Positions 47,765-57,255 of a DNA stretch of 63,027 bases are shown here, piece by piece (positions within the stretch are counted from its first letter, which is position 1; each line of letters opens with the position of its first letter). Source of the DNA: an uncultured Bacteroidales bacterium. GTDB taxonomy: Bacteria > Bacteroidota > Bacteroidia > Bacteroidales > JAFGXI01. The notes below the pieces were generated by a model. The model had not been told where the DNA came from, searched no databases, and saw only the letters and a program-made list of their open reading frames with translations. Location: NCBI GenBank assembly GCA_947311115.1, contig CAMZKE010000017.1, positions 1 to 63,027 on the forward strand, given 5' to 3'. Position numbers and translations under genes: made by a program.

Positions 47765-48489
47765 TTTTCGGGAATTAAATCACAAAACCAAAAGCCGAAA
47801 TTTTTAATTTCTACTTTATTGTCTTCATCTTTAAATTCTTTACAAGTACCGGCTTTATATTCTTTGTAAATAATTTCACCTTTAGTAAAATTTATAGGCT
47901 TTTTAAATATAGGTCCATCGTACACAAATGTATGAAACTCACCATTTTCGCCACAAGGGTCAACATTATCAGGTAAATCATCAATAAACTGTTTATCAAT
48001 TACTCTACCTACAAATTCTTTTCCGAGTTTACTTGCATCAACAGCTGTTACAATTGTTTTAAATCCAGCATCAATAAACTCGTTAATAAGCTCGGTTGTA
48101 TTGCGTTGCCACAAAGGGAAAACAGCTTTCATTCCTACTTTAGACAACTGTTTTTCGCGATATTCGCGTAAATCTTGCAAAAATATATCGCCAAAAATTG
48201 AATATTCTATATTTTGAAGTTTAAAATTATTCATTTGAGTTTGCATAATTTTATTATAAACTTCCATTGAAGTTTCTTTTGGTAAACTAATAGTTACCAG
48301 CGGCAAATCAATAAGTTCGGCTTGTTTATTAAGTAGTTCTGAACGTACTCCATGCATAGAAATACGCTTTGTTTCGTAGTTTATTGATGTAAATAATGAA
48401 ACTATTTCGTGCTCATTATTTTGCAAACATTTGTATAGTGCAAAAGCGGAATCTTTACCGCCACTCCAGTTAAAAATAGACTTTTTCAC
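47761..48489 (-). CDS. Dph6-related ATP pyrophosphatase (MJ0570/ATP_bind_4 family)
   Basis: This 242-aa ORF has the PP-loop WSGGKDSAF at its N-terminus. It overlaps the downstream gene by 4 nt. Confidence 0.6.
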   Translation of the reverse strand: MKKSIFNWSGGKDSAFALYKCLQNNEHEIVSLFTSINYETKRISMHGVRSELLNKQAELIDLPLVTISLPKETSMEVYNKIMQTQMNNFKLQNIEYSIFGDIFLQDLREYREKQLSKVGMKAVFPLWQRNTTELINEFIDAGFKTIVTAVDASKLGKEFVGRVIDKQFIDDLPDNVDPCGENGEFHTFVYDGPIFKKPINFTKGEIIYKEYKAGTCKEFKDEDNKVEIKNFGFWFCDLIPEK

Positions 48490-48490
48490 T

Positions 48491-49255
48491 TTATTTCTTT
48501 TTAAGAATAATATATATTGGATTATATGTTAAAGAAACTCCTTTTTCTGTCGAAAATTTATCTTCATATTCTGATATAAACTTTTTTGGATTAAATACAG
48601 AATCGTTTTTTATACTATTAACACCTGTATTTTTAATATGTTTCAATACATTAAGTGGCGACGAGAAAAACAGTTTTTCTTTACTACTATGAGAATATAT
48701 AACTTCGTATTTATCAGATACTTTTTCAATAATTTCTTTGGCAGATGTATATGCCAGGCTTATTTTCTGAATTTTATTTACTTCATAAAAATTATCAACA
48801 CCAAAAGTTGTAAATGCAATTACTCCATTATCGTCAATCGTATTATGAGTATTAAATAAAAATTCAACAACATCATCAAACCACTGAAAGGTTGCATTAG
48901 AAATTACTAAGTTATTATTTTCAGGAAAATCGAATATAAATTCGGCATCACCCTTAATAAACTCATAATTAAAATTAATGTCAGTAAAAATACCTTTAAT
49001 TATTCCTTCATAATCTGATGAAAAATCGTTTGTAATAAGTTTCTTAAAATTAAGCGATTCAACAATTTCTTTAGTTAAAAGCCCTGTCCCGCTACCTATT
49101 TCAAGAATATTATCAAAATTATTGCCTAGTTTTTCAATTAAAACACGTATTAGCTCTTTAGCCATACTTTTTTGAACAATAGCATTGTTATCATAGGTAT
49201 CAACACTATTCAAAAATTTATCTTTAACAAGCTGTTTATCAATCTTTAACTGCAT
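48491..49255 (-). CDS. bioC: SAM-dependent methyltransferase, probably malonyl-ACP O-methyltransferase
   Basis: It has the SAM motif ILEIGSGTGLLT. The N-terminus (F..S..TYDNNAIVQ) is BioC-like, and the gene is adjacent to a DUF452/BioG-like gene. Confidence 0.6.
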   Translation of the reverse strand: MQLKIDKQLVKDKFLNSVDTYDNNAIVQKSMAKELIRVLIEKLGNNFDNILEIGSGTGLLTKEIVESLNFKKLITNDFSSDYEGIIKGIFTDINFNYEFIKGDAEFIFDFPENNNLVISNATFQWFDDVVEFLFNTHNTIDDNGVIAFTTFGVDNFYEVNKIQKISLAYTSAKEIIEKVSDKYEVIYSHSSKEKLFFSSPLNVLKHIKNTGVNSIKNDSVFNPKKFISEYEDKFSTEKGVSLTYNPIYIILKKK

Positions 49256-49916
49256 ACTCCACTATTTCTTCCCATTTTCGCCAAAGATAAAATATAAAAT
49301 GACTTGAATCTATACTTTTATAATTATTTTTTTCTGACCAAAAGTTTTGTTGATTCTTAGTTGGACAAATTAAATCGTTATCAGCAATAATAACATTTTT
49401 AAATATATTTTTCGGTTCAGGAAGTTCGTTAATTTTATCACGCAAGAAAATTAATTCGGCTTTCTGTTCATCTAATTCTCTATGTGTTTTGTGCGAAATA
49501 AATCTTTCAGGAATTATGGTATTATTCCACATTCGTTTAAAAAATTTTGCTCGTCCAATTTTTGAAAAGTTATCGATTGTAGCTTGGTAAACTTTAGTGT
49601 TTATACCAAACTCATCGTCAATAGGTTTTAATGTGCCATTTATCGCAATTTTATGCTTAAATTTATTTTTATACTTATTCATTATTATAGAGCTATACCA
49701 CACTCCCATTGACCATGATATTAAATTTACTTCTTTGTATTTAGTAAAATATTCGTCTAAATTTATATCTGTATTTATTTCGGTGTAATGATAAAATATC
49801 AAAACATCGTATTCGTCAGATTCTAATCCATAAAACGGCGTGTAATCCATACCCCAGCCACAAAAAAACATTATTAGTTTTTCTCTATTTTCTGATATTA
49901 AATTATATTTATGCAT
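49239..49916 (-). CDS. bioG: DUF452 family esterase, probably pimeloyl-ACP methyl ester esterase
   Basis: This 225-aa ORF has LIMFFCGWGMD and a nucleophile-elbow-like SWSMG. It overlaps bioC by 17 nt. Confidence 0.55.
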   Translation of the reverse strand: MHKYNLISENREKLIMFFCGWGMDYTPFYGLESDEYDVLIFYHYTEINTDINLDEYFTKYKEVNLISWSMGVWYSSIIMNKYKNKFKHKIAINGTLKPIDDEFGINTKVYQATIDNFSKIGRAKFFKRMWNNTIIPERFISHKTHRELDEQKAELIFLRDKINELPEPKNIFKNVIIADNDLICPTKNQQNFWSEKNNYKSIDSSHFIFYLWRKWEEIVEYAVKD

Positions 49917-49917
49917 T

Positions 49918-52900
49918 TTATTTTACAATTTCAATTTCATCAATTAAAACATACCAAATGTATGATTTTATATTTTTATATCCCATTTGAGAAATTAATT
50001 TTGAGTATTCTTTTAATTGCTTATGATATTTTTGTTCTTTTTTCTGTCCAAATTTATAATCAACAATAATTACTTCATCGTTTTTTAGCATTAATCTATC
50101 TGGCCGTTTAATGGTTTCCGAACTTTGAATTGTTGCTTCATTTTTTACTTTATATGTACCATCAAACCACTGCTTAACTGTATTTTTACTTATTAAAGTA
50201 TTTATTTCAGTAATATATCCATTTACATTATTATTAGGTATATATCCTTCGTTTGACAATTTAATTACTGCATTTTTTACATCATCTATATATTTTATAT
50301 TTTCAAAAATTTTATGATAAAGAATTCCTTTTTTTATTTCAGAATTTTCAAAACTTTTAATATAATCGGTTGAAGTTATTTTTATACTTTCACTATGTTT
50401 AAAATTTCCGGATATATATTTTTTTAATATATTTCCATCGTTTTGTGTTTCTACAATTTCCTTTTTACTTAACGAACCAATTTCATATACATTATTAACT
50501 ACTTTATTTCCAAGAGTATTTCTTAATAGTACGCCTGTGTTATTAATTGCATCATCTTTTGGTTCAGAGTGTTCTGCAAAAATTATAAGATTTTCTTCGG
50601 CTCTTGTAAATGCAACATACAGCATATTTATATTATCTACATAGTTATGCAGTTTTTCCTCGTAATAATCTTTATAAAAAAAGGTTTTCTGTATAGTATC
50701 TGTATCTTTTAAAGGCAATATTTTTAATTCATTAAAATTTGGCTCGGTACTCGAACACCAGAATATTTGCCCCTTTATTGGTTTAAATTCCCAGCTGGCA
50801 AAAGGTATTAATACCGTTTTAAATTCTAATCCTTTCGATTTATGAATAGTAATAATTTTTACTGCGTCTTGCTCTTGGTTAATACTCACCGATTTTTTTA
50901 TTCCGTTACTCTCCCACCACTCTATAAAGCTATCTATATCAATATTATTGGTTTCGGAATACTCACGCAAAGCATCTTTAAAAGCTTGTAAATAAATAAA
51001 ATTATTTTCGTTTTCGTTTAGTTTAAAAATTCTGATTAAATTCTCTGCTATTTCGTATAATGACAATTTGCTTAACTTCTGTTTTTCAGATAAATAATTT
51101 TCAGGTAATAGAACATTATCTTTATTAAATATTTGAGTTAATTCTATATCTTCGTTATTAATTACCGAGTTGTATTCGTATTTAATGTATGCATAATTTA
51201 TGTCATCATCAGACACAAAAACATCTTTAATAAGTGCGACTAACAACTTAATTGCCGGTGAATTACCAATTAGTAAAGCTTCGTTTGATATAATATCGTA
51301 TTTATAATTTGGATTAGCATATTCCGAATTTTTGTACTCCATTATATAATTTACAATTTCGGCACCTTCTTTTTTCCCACGAACCAATATTGCTATATCT
51401 TTTAGTGCAATATTTGCATCTTGCATTTGCTCTAAAAAAGTAGGTATTCGCTCTAAAACCTTTAATTTTACCTCTGCAACGGTTTCTCCCTTTTGTTTTT
51501 CAACAAATTCAACCCTTGCATAACCACTATCTTTTGTGTTTTTTTGCGATGGATATTGTTGCGTTATATCGCTGTATGCCTTGTTAATAGTATTTCTAAG
51601 ATAATCAATTTCAATTGAGTGGTCGTCGTAAATATTATTATTAAAATTCTGTTGCAAAATATTTGCCATATCTTTAAAAGTGCTGTTATTGAAATCGATA
51701 ATGTTTTTTTTGCTTCGCCAATTATACTCAAGAGTTTCGTACTTTACAGCTCCTTTGTAAAACGATTTTTCAACACCTTCTGCAAGTAATTTCCAATCGC
51801 CGTTTCGCCATCTGTAAATAGATTGTTTTACATCGCCAACAATTATTGATGAGTATTTATTTGCCAAACTCTCTTCAATTAAGGGTTTAAAATTATCCCA
51901 CTGTATTGTTGAAGTATCTTGAAACTCATCAATCATAAAATATTTATATTTATTACCTATTTTTTCGTATAAAAACGGAGTATCGGTATCGGCAATAATT
52001 GATTTTATAAATGGTCCGGCAAACGATAGCAAAAATATGTTTTCTTCTTTTGAAATACTATGTGCATTTTTAGATACATCATCAATAATAGCAAGCGAAT
52101 TTATTAATTTAAGAACCTCATTTGCTGAAAAGTATAACTCTTTGTTTATGTTATATGTTTCTACAGCCAATATAAGTAAATCGCTACCACCATCGTTATA
52201 AAACTGTTCTATTTCGTCAATTTTATTACTTGATTTTGTGTACCACTTTTTTATATCGCCAACAGCAGCTAATACTCGCTTTCCGGGTTCTTCAAAAATA
52301 CCATTTTTACATTTAACAAAATAACTTGCAAAACTTGTTTTCTTGTATGGAAAATCATCAAGACTCAAATCGTTAACTTGCATTAATTCAATAGTATTAG
52401 CTCCTATTTTTTTAATATCAGTAATTGTATCATTTTTAATTTTATTAAGCTTGTACTTGTATTTTAAAATAAAATCTTTCTCTTTTAGTTTTTCTGCTAT
52501 TTTTTTACTGTTTATAGTATATTCTTCTTTAAATATTTCTTTTCCAATTTTTAAAATTTCATCTTTAAAATTCCACGATTTACCATCTCTCATTCTATCG
52601 GCAGCAAACAACATAAGCCAATTTCGCAAATTATAATCATCATCAATTTGTGTTATTAATTTATCAACAGCTTTTTCTAAAATTTCTTCTTGATTTAACT
52701 CTAATTGAAAACCGTTTTGCAAACCTATTTCCTTTGCAAACGAACGAATTATTTGCTGAAAAAAACTATCGATAGTACCTACAGAGAAATGCGAATAGTC
52801 GTGTAATAACAGATTTAATATAGCTTTCGCTTTATCAACTATCTGAGAATCTGTAAACTTAAATTCATTCTTTAAAAAGCCGGAATGGTCTGATTTATCG

Positions 52901-53088
52901 CTTTTTATTGAAATTAAATATACTTCTTTTATTATACGCGATTTCATTTCTTCTGCTGCCTTATTAGTAAAGGTTACAGCTAAAATACTCTTATAATTAT
53001 ATTTGTTTTTAAATATAATTTTTAAGTATTCACGTGTTAAAGTATATGTTTTTCCCGAGCCTGCCGATGCTTTATAAATCGTAATCAT
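49918..53088 (-). CDS. UvrD/Rep-type helicase fused to a C-terminal PD-(D/E)XK (RecB-like) nuclease (AddA/RecB-like)
   Basis: This 1056-aa ORF has Walker A SAGSGKTY, the motifs DEFQDTS and VGDVKQSIYRWR, and the C-terminal nuclease motif RPDRL...IVDYK. Confidence 0.8.
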   Translation of the reverse strand: MITIYKASAGSGKTYTLTREYLKIIFKNKYNYKSILAVTFTNKAAEEMKSRIIKEVYLISIKSDKSDHSGFLKNEFKFTDSQIVDKAKAILNLLLHDYSHFSVGTIDSFFQQIIRSFAKEIGLQNGFQLELNQEEILEKAVDKLITQIDDDYNLRNWLMLFAADRMRDGKSWNFKDEILKIGKEIFKEEYTINSKKIAEKLKEKDFILKYKYKLNKIKNDTITDIKKIGANTIELMQVNDLSLDDFPYKKTSFASYFVKCKNGIFEEPGKRVLAAVGDIKKWYTKSSNKIDEIEQFYNDGGSDLLILAVETYNINKELYFSANEVLKLINSLAIIDDVSKNAHSISKEENIFLLSFAGPFIKSIIADTDTPFLYEKIGNKYKYFMIDEFQDTSTIQWDNFKPLIEESLANKYSSIIVGDVKQSIYRWRNGDWKLLAEGVEKSFYKGAVKYETLEYNWRSKKNIIDFNNSTFKDMANILQQNFNNNIYDDHSIEIDYLRNTINKAYSDITQQYPSQKNTKDSGYARVEFVEKQKGETVAEVKLKVLERIPTFLEQMQDANIALKDIAILVRGKKEGAEIVNYIMEYKNSEYANPNYKYDIISNEALLIGNSPAIKLLVALIKDVFVSDDDINYAYIKYEYNSVINNEDIELTQIFNKDNVLLPENYLSEKQKLSKLSLYEIAENLIRIFKLNENENNFIYLQAFKDALREYSETNNIDIDSFIEWWESNGIKKSVSINQEQDAVKIITIHKSKGLEFKTVLIPFASWEFKPIKGQIFWCSSTEPNFNELKILPLKDTDTIQKTFFYKDYYEEKLHNYVDNINMLYVAFTRAEENLIIFAEHSEPKDDAINNTGVLLRNTLGNKVVNNVYEIGSLSKKEIVETQNDGNILKKYISGNFKHSESIKITSTDYIKSFENSEIKKGILYHKIFENIKYIDDVKNAVIKLSNEGYIPNNNVNGYITEINTLISKNTVKQWFDGTYKVKNEATIQSSETIKRPDRLMLKNDEVIIVDYKFGQKKEQKYHKQLKEYSKLISQMGYKNIKSYIWYVLIDEIEIVK

Positions 53089-53182
53089 TACACAAATTGT
53101 TAACTATATATATCAAATTGTTAATTAATTATTATTAATTACTTATTGATATGTATTAATTTTACACAAAAATACAATAACA

Positions 53183-54271
53183 ATGAAAAAAATATTTGTT
53201 TTACTCGGAATAGTTATTATTATTTTTCAAAGTTGCGACCCTTTCAACAATATTATTGAAAATGATAGCGAAACCGATGCCGCTTTTTATTACACAACTG
53301 ATAACATTGTTACACCTGTAATAAAAGATACACTAACCATTGCATCGTGGAATATAAAATTTGGTGGTGGAAGAATAGATTTTTTCTTCGATTGCTATGG
53401 AGACCGTGTTTTAATGACAAAAGACGAAGTTATCTCAAATTTAAAAAATATTGTTGATGAAATTGCAATGATTAGTCCGGATATTTTATATTTACAAGAA
53501 GTAGATATTGACTCAAAACGTTCGGCTTATGTTGATGAATTACAATGGATTCTTGATAATACAAATCTAAACTATGCATATTACGGTTCGCAATGGAAAT
53601 CAGACTATGTGCCAAGCGACGGTATTGGCAGAATGAACTCAGGAAGTGCTATTTTAAGTAAATACCCTCTTAAAGATGCTAAAAGAATACCTCTACCTCT
53701 TATTGAAGAACAAAGCGGTATTGTACAATATTTTTACTTACGCAGAAATATTTTAAGAGCAACTGTTACTATTAACAATAAAAATATTGTTGCTCTAACA
53801 ACACATACTTCGGCATATTCAAGCGACGGGACACGGCTAAAACAGCTTAACCAAATTAAAACAGAAATAGATAATATAAATTCTGCCGGACAAAAATTTA
53901 TTCTTGGTGGCGATTTTAACACTATACCACCAAATTCTACAGTTTACGAAAATTTTGATGACGATGCCTGTAAAGATGATCCTGATTTTGCAGCACAATC
54001 GTTTAAAGACCAGCTTGATTATATGAAAATGTTTATTGATAGTTACGAACCTGCAATAACTCAAGCTAATTACGATAACGATAATAGTTTATACTATTCA
54101 TTTACATCTGATAAAAAAGGATTCTGGAATAGAAAGCTAGATTACATATTTACAAATGGCGATTTTGTAGATAATTCAGGAGTAGTTATTCAAGACATTA
54201 ACACCGGCGGAATGGAAACAATGCCATTTTCAGACCATGCTCCTATAACTGTTAAGTACATTTTAAAATAA
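53183..54271 (+). CDS. Secreted endonuclease/exonuclease/phosphatase (EEP) family protein
   Basis: It has a signal/lipobox-like IFQSC and the EEP motifs WNIKFG, LQEVD, GDFN and SDHAP. Confidence 0.75.
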   Translation: MKKIFVLLGIVIIIFQSCDPFNNIIENDSETDAAFYYTTDNIVTPVIKDTLTIASWNIKFGGGRIDFFFDCYGDRVLMTKDEVISNLKNIVDEIAMISPDILYLQEVDIDSKRSAYVDELQWILDNTNLNYAYYGSQWKSDYVPSDGIGRMNSGSAILSKYPLKDAKRIPLPLIEEQSGIVQYFYLRRNILRATVTINNKNIVALTTHTSAYSSDGTRLKQLNQIKTEIDNINSAGQKFILGGDFNTIPPNSTVYENFDDDACKDDPDFAAQSFKDQLDYMKMFIDSYEPAITQANYDNDNSLYYSFTSDKKGFWNRKLDYIFTNGDFVDNSGVVIQDINTGGMETMPFSDHAPITVKYILK

Positions 54272-54290
54272 CTTTTAAACAAAATTTAAG

Positions 54291-55085
54291 ATGAAAAACA
54301 ATTTAATAATATCAATAATACTACTTTTTACATTTACTTTAAAAGCACAAGACTCTGTAAATATAAAAAATTCGCAAAAAGATACTGTTTTACTTTGGTC
54401 TAATAACACAGCTAAAACCATAAAAAAAGGCAGAAAAGAAATTGGATTATTTGCTCCATTAAAAATTGGTTTGAAAGATTCTATGGAAATATCGATACAC
54501 CCAATATTTTTCTTTATTATACCTAATATTGAATTAAAAAAATACTGGACATCATTTGGCATTTTCGATTTAGCATCGAAGCATCGTTTTTCGTATCCAA
54601 CACTACTATACAATGTAATTTCTAAACGTGGTATTGGTGGCTTATTGCCGTCAACATCAACTATACCTCAAATGTTTAAATTTGATAATTCAATACTTTT
54701 AGGAACTACAATTAACGAATACATAACAACTACAATTAATGTAGGAGTTGACCTAACTCTATCGTTTGGCGAAAGTAATTTTCCTGATATTGAATATCAT
54801 ATAATTTATCCTAGAACTTATTCGCTAAATAATTTATTTACACCGTATTTTGGCATTAATTTTACCGGTAAATTTTTCGCAAACGTATATTACGAATATA
54901 AATTTACTGCATTTTTTATGACTAACACAAACCAAGGAAGTATTTTAGAAAACAAACTTAAATTCCAATGGAATATTTCTAATAAGTTTGCCATAAGCGG
55001 TGGTGCATTACTAACTTACGGACAATATCCTTACGGACAAGATGGTGGCTTATTTCCTGTTTTTGATTTAATGTACGGATTTTAA
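54291..55085 (+). CDS. Hypothetical outer-membrane-like protein
   Basis: This 264-aa ORF has a signal peptide ending LKAQ. It is beta-rich with an aromatic C-terminus (MYGF). Confidence 0.45.
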   Translation: MKNNLIISIILLFTFTLKAQDSVNIKNSQKDTVLLWSNNTAKTIKKGRKEIGLFAPLKIGLKDSMEISIHPIFFFIIPNIELKKYWTSFGIFDLASKHRFSYPTLLYNVISKRGIGGLLPSTSTIPQMFKFDNSILLGTTINEYITTTINVGVDLTLSFGESNFPDIEYHIIYPRTYSLNNLFTPYFGINFTGKFFANVYYEYKFTAFFMTNTNQGSILENKLKFQWNISNKFAISGGALLTYGQYPYGQDGGLFPVFDLMYGF

Positions 55086-55086
55086 G

Positions 55087-56172
55087 GTGCAAAAAAACAA
55101 AACAGTAATATTATCGGTTACAAACGATTTGGTTGGCGACCAGCGAGTGCATAAGCTAGCCACTACCCTACTAAATAATAATTTTACAGTTATTCTCGTT
55201 GGGCGAAAATTAAAAAACAGTTTAGAAATAAACAGAAAATATAATACTGTAAGGTTTAATTTACTATTTAACAAAGGATTTTTATTTTATGCAAATTACA
55301 ATATTAGATTATTTATTTTTTTACTTTTCACAAAATTCGACATTCTTAACGCAAACGATTTAGATTCGCTTTTAGCAAATTATTTAGCAGCAAGAATTAA
55401 GGGTAAAAAAATAGTTTACGATAGTCACGAATTTTTCACACAAGTACCGGAGCTTGTAAATCGCCCATTAGTACAAAATATCTGGTTAAAACTTGAGAAA
55501 TGGATTTTACCAAAACTTAAATATACATACACAGTTTCGCCTGCAATAGCCAAAGGATACAAAAGCTTATATAATATTGATATAAAACTAATTAGAAACT
55601 TACCGTTTTATACTAAAATAAACAATACTTATGTTAAAAAAGAAAAATACATTATTTATCAAGGAGCATTAAATATTGGTCGTGGCATAGAGAATATGAT
55701 TATAGCAATGAAAAATATTAACGCAAAATTAATGATTATTGGTGGTGGAGATATAGAAATAGAACTTAAACAATTAGTGAAAAATAACAATTTAGAAGAT
55801 AAAGTTATTTTCAAAGGAAAACTAGCATTTAACAAGCTTTCGGAATATACACAAAAAGCTACAATTGGAATATCATTAGAAGAGCCAGAAGGACTTAACT
55901 ACAAATACGCCTTACCAAACAAAATTTTTGATTATATTAATGCTGAAATTCCAGTAGTAGTTTCAAATTTACCAGAGATGGCAAAAATTGTTAAACAATA
56001 TAATGTAGGCGAAATTTTAAAAGAAAATACTAGCAATGCAATAGCCAAACAAATAAATAATTTACTTAATAACACCGAAGTTTACAATAATTATGTAATA
56101 AATACAAAAAAAGCAAAGCAAGAACTTTGCTGGGAAACTCAAGAAAGAGAGTTATTAGAATTATATAAATAA
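55087..56172 (+). CDS. Glycosyltransferase (GT-B fold, family 4-like)
   Basis: This 361-aa ORF has a GTG start 2 nt after the upstream stop. It carries a C-terminal E(X7)E-like region (LEEPEGLNYKYALPNKIFDY). Confidence 0.7.
   Translation: MQKNKTVILSVTNDLVGDQRVHKLATTLLNNNFTVILVGRKLKNSLEINRKYNTVRFNLLFNKGFLFYANYNIRLFIFLLFTKFDILNANDLDSLLANYLAARIKGKKIVYDSHEFFTQVPELVNRPLVQNIWLKLEKWILPKLKYTYTVSPAIAKGYKSLYNIDIKLIRNLPFYTKINNTYVKKEKYIIYQGALNIGRGIENMIIAMKNINAKLMIIGGGDIEIELKQLVKNNNLEDKVIFKGKLAFNKLSEYTQKATIGISLEEPEGLNYKYALPNKIFDYINAEIPVVVSNLPEMAKIVKQYNVGEILKENTSNAIAKQINNLLNNTEVYNNYVINTKKAKQELCWETQERELLELYK
56121..56172 (+). repeat. Direct repeat, copy A (last 52 nt of the glycosyltransferase CDS, including the stop)
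   Basis: The sequence AGAACTTTGCTGGGAAACTCAAGAAAGAGAGTTATTAGAATTATATAAATAA is identical to 56275..56326. Confidence 0.95.
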
Positions 56173-56221
56173 TTTTATCGTAATAAATTAGAATCTTCGC
56201 CTTGCTTATAAAAGGCTTGAG

Positions 56222-56254
56222 ACCTAACAGGTTTTAGAAACCTGTTAGGTTTTT
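56222..56254 (+). terminator. Rho-independent terminator of the glycosyltransferase gene
   Basis: The perfect 12-bp stem ACCTAACAGGTT/AACCTGTTAGGT has a 5-nt loop and is followed by TTTT. Confidence 0.75.
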
Positions 56255-56274
56255 ATAAATTTAATTAATACGTT

Positions 56275-56326
56275 AGAACTTTGCTGGGAAACTCAAGAAA
56301 GAGAGTTATTAGAATTATATAAATAA
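56275..56326 (+). repeat. Direct repeat, copy B (non-coding duplicate of the gene's 3' end)
   Basis: It is a perfect 52-nt match to 56121..56172, offset by 154 bp. Confidence 0.95.
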
Positions 56327-56590
56327 CAGAAGTTAGTTTTTCAACTCTAGCATTCTAATTTAATTAGATACTTCGCTATGCCCAGTACACCGATGACAAT
56401 GTTGATATTGGGTTTATTGCATAAAACTCAGGCATTTGTAACAAATTTCTATAACCTGTCGGTTTAATAGAAATAATAAAAATTTGTAGTTAAATTTATA
56501 TGTAGTATAAAAAAGTTACTTACAATTTTAAGCAAAAAACAAATTAAAGCAAATATACTAGATGCCAATATATTAAGAATCATAAAACAA

Positions 56591-56618
56591 AAAAGCCTGA
56601 GATAAATCTCAGGCTTTT
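56591..56618 (-). terminator. Terminator of the thioredoxin gene
   Basis: The stem AAAAGCCTGAGA/TCTCAGGCTTTT has a 4-nt loop. On the minus strand it is followed by TTTTTTGTTTT. It lies 20 nt after the stop. Confidence 0.7.
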
Positions 56619-56637
56619 AGGTATAAATTTAAAAATA

Positions 56638-56997
56638 CTATTCAGTTACTTTTAAAACATCAGCAATAGCTTTTTTGAAAGTTTCTTTAGGTAATGCACC
56701 TTGTGCCATTTGTGGTTGCCCTTCAGCAGGAACAAATAATAAAGATGGAATACTTTGTACACCAAAAACTGCAGCTAACTCTTGTTGCTCTTCAGTATTA
56801 ACTTTATAAATTATAATTTTATCACCATACTCAGCTTGTAACTCTTCTAAAATTGGAGCTACCATTTTACAAGGCTGACACCAATCAGCATAAAAATCAA
56901 TCATACAAGGTGTTTTTCCTTCGTATTTCCACTCTTTGTTATCTACGTAGTTAAATACTTTCGATTTAAACGTATCAACCGTTAAATGCTCTAACAT
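56638..56997 (-). CDS. trxA: Thioredoxin
   Basis: This 119-aa ORF has the active site WCQPCK and the cis-Pro context QSIPSLLF. Confidence 0.85.
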   Translation of the reverse strand: MLEHLTVDTFKSKVFNYVDNKEWKYEGKTPCMIDFYADWCQPCKMVAPILEELQAEYGDKIIIYKVNTEEQQELAAVFGVQSIPSLLFVPAEGQPQMAQGALPKETFKKAIADVLKVTE

Positions 56998-57232
56998 ATT
57001 ATATTTATTTAATTATTAATTCAATTTATTTTCCACTCTTTTATCAAAACACATACCAAAATATTAATAAAACTCACAATTAATTAACAATTAACACATT
57101 ATCAGTAATATAGATATTTAAATATTTTAAGAGTTGGCAAAAATAAAAAAAACAAATAACATTTTAGCATAATAATGCTTAAATTAATGTTAATATGGCA
57201 GTCAATTGTTAGAATTATTAAAACATATAGAT

Positions 57233-57240
57233 TAATTTTG
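57233..57240 (+). promoter_or_regulatory. -7 promoter box (TAATTTTG) for the cca-dtd-mazG-deoC string
   Basis: It matches TAnnTTTG and lies 16 nt upstream of the TTG start at 57256. Confidence 0.45.
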
Positions 57241-57255
57241 TAGAAAAGAATAAAA

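Noticed and set aside
49918-53088. The UvrD/PD-(D/E)XK protein as part of an anti-phage defence system.
   Set aside because: It has the standard AddA/RecB-like architecture and sits in a string with biotin-pathway genes. No typical defence partners (methylase, Gabija/Wadjet-like genes, toxin domains) are adjacent. A housekeeping recombination or repair role is the simpler reading.
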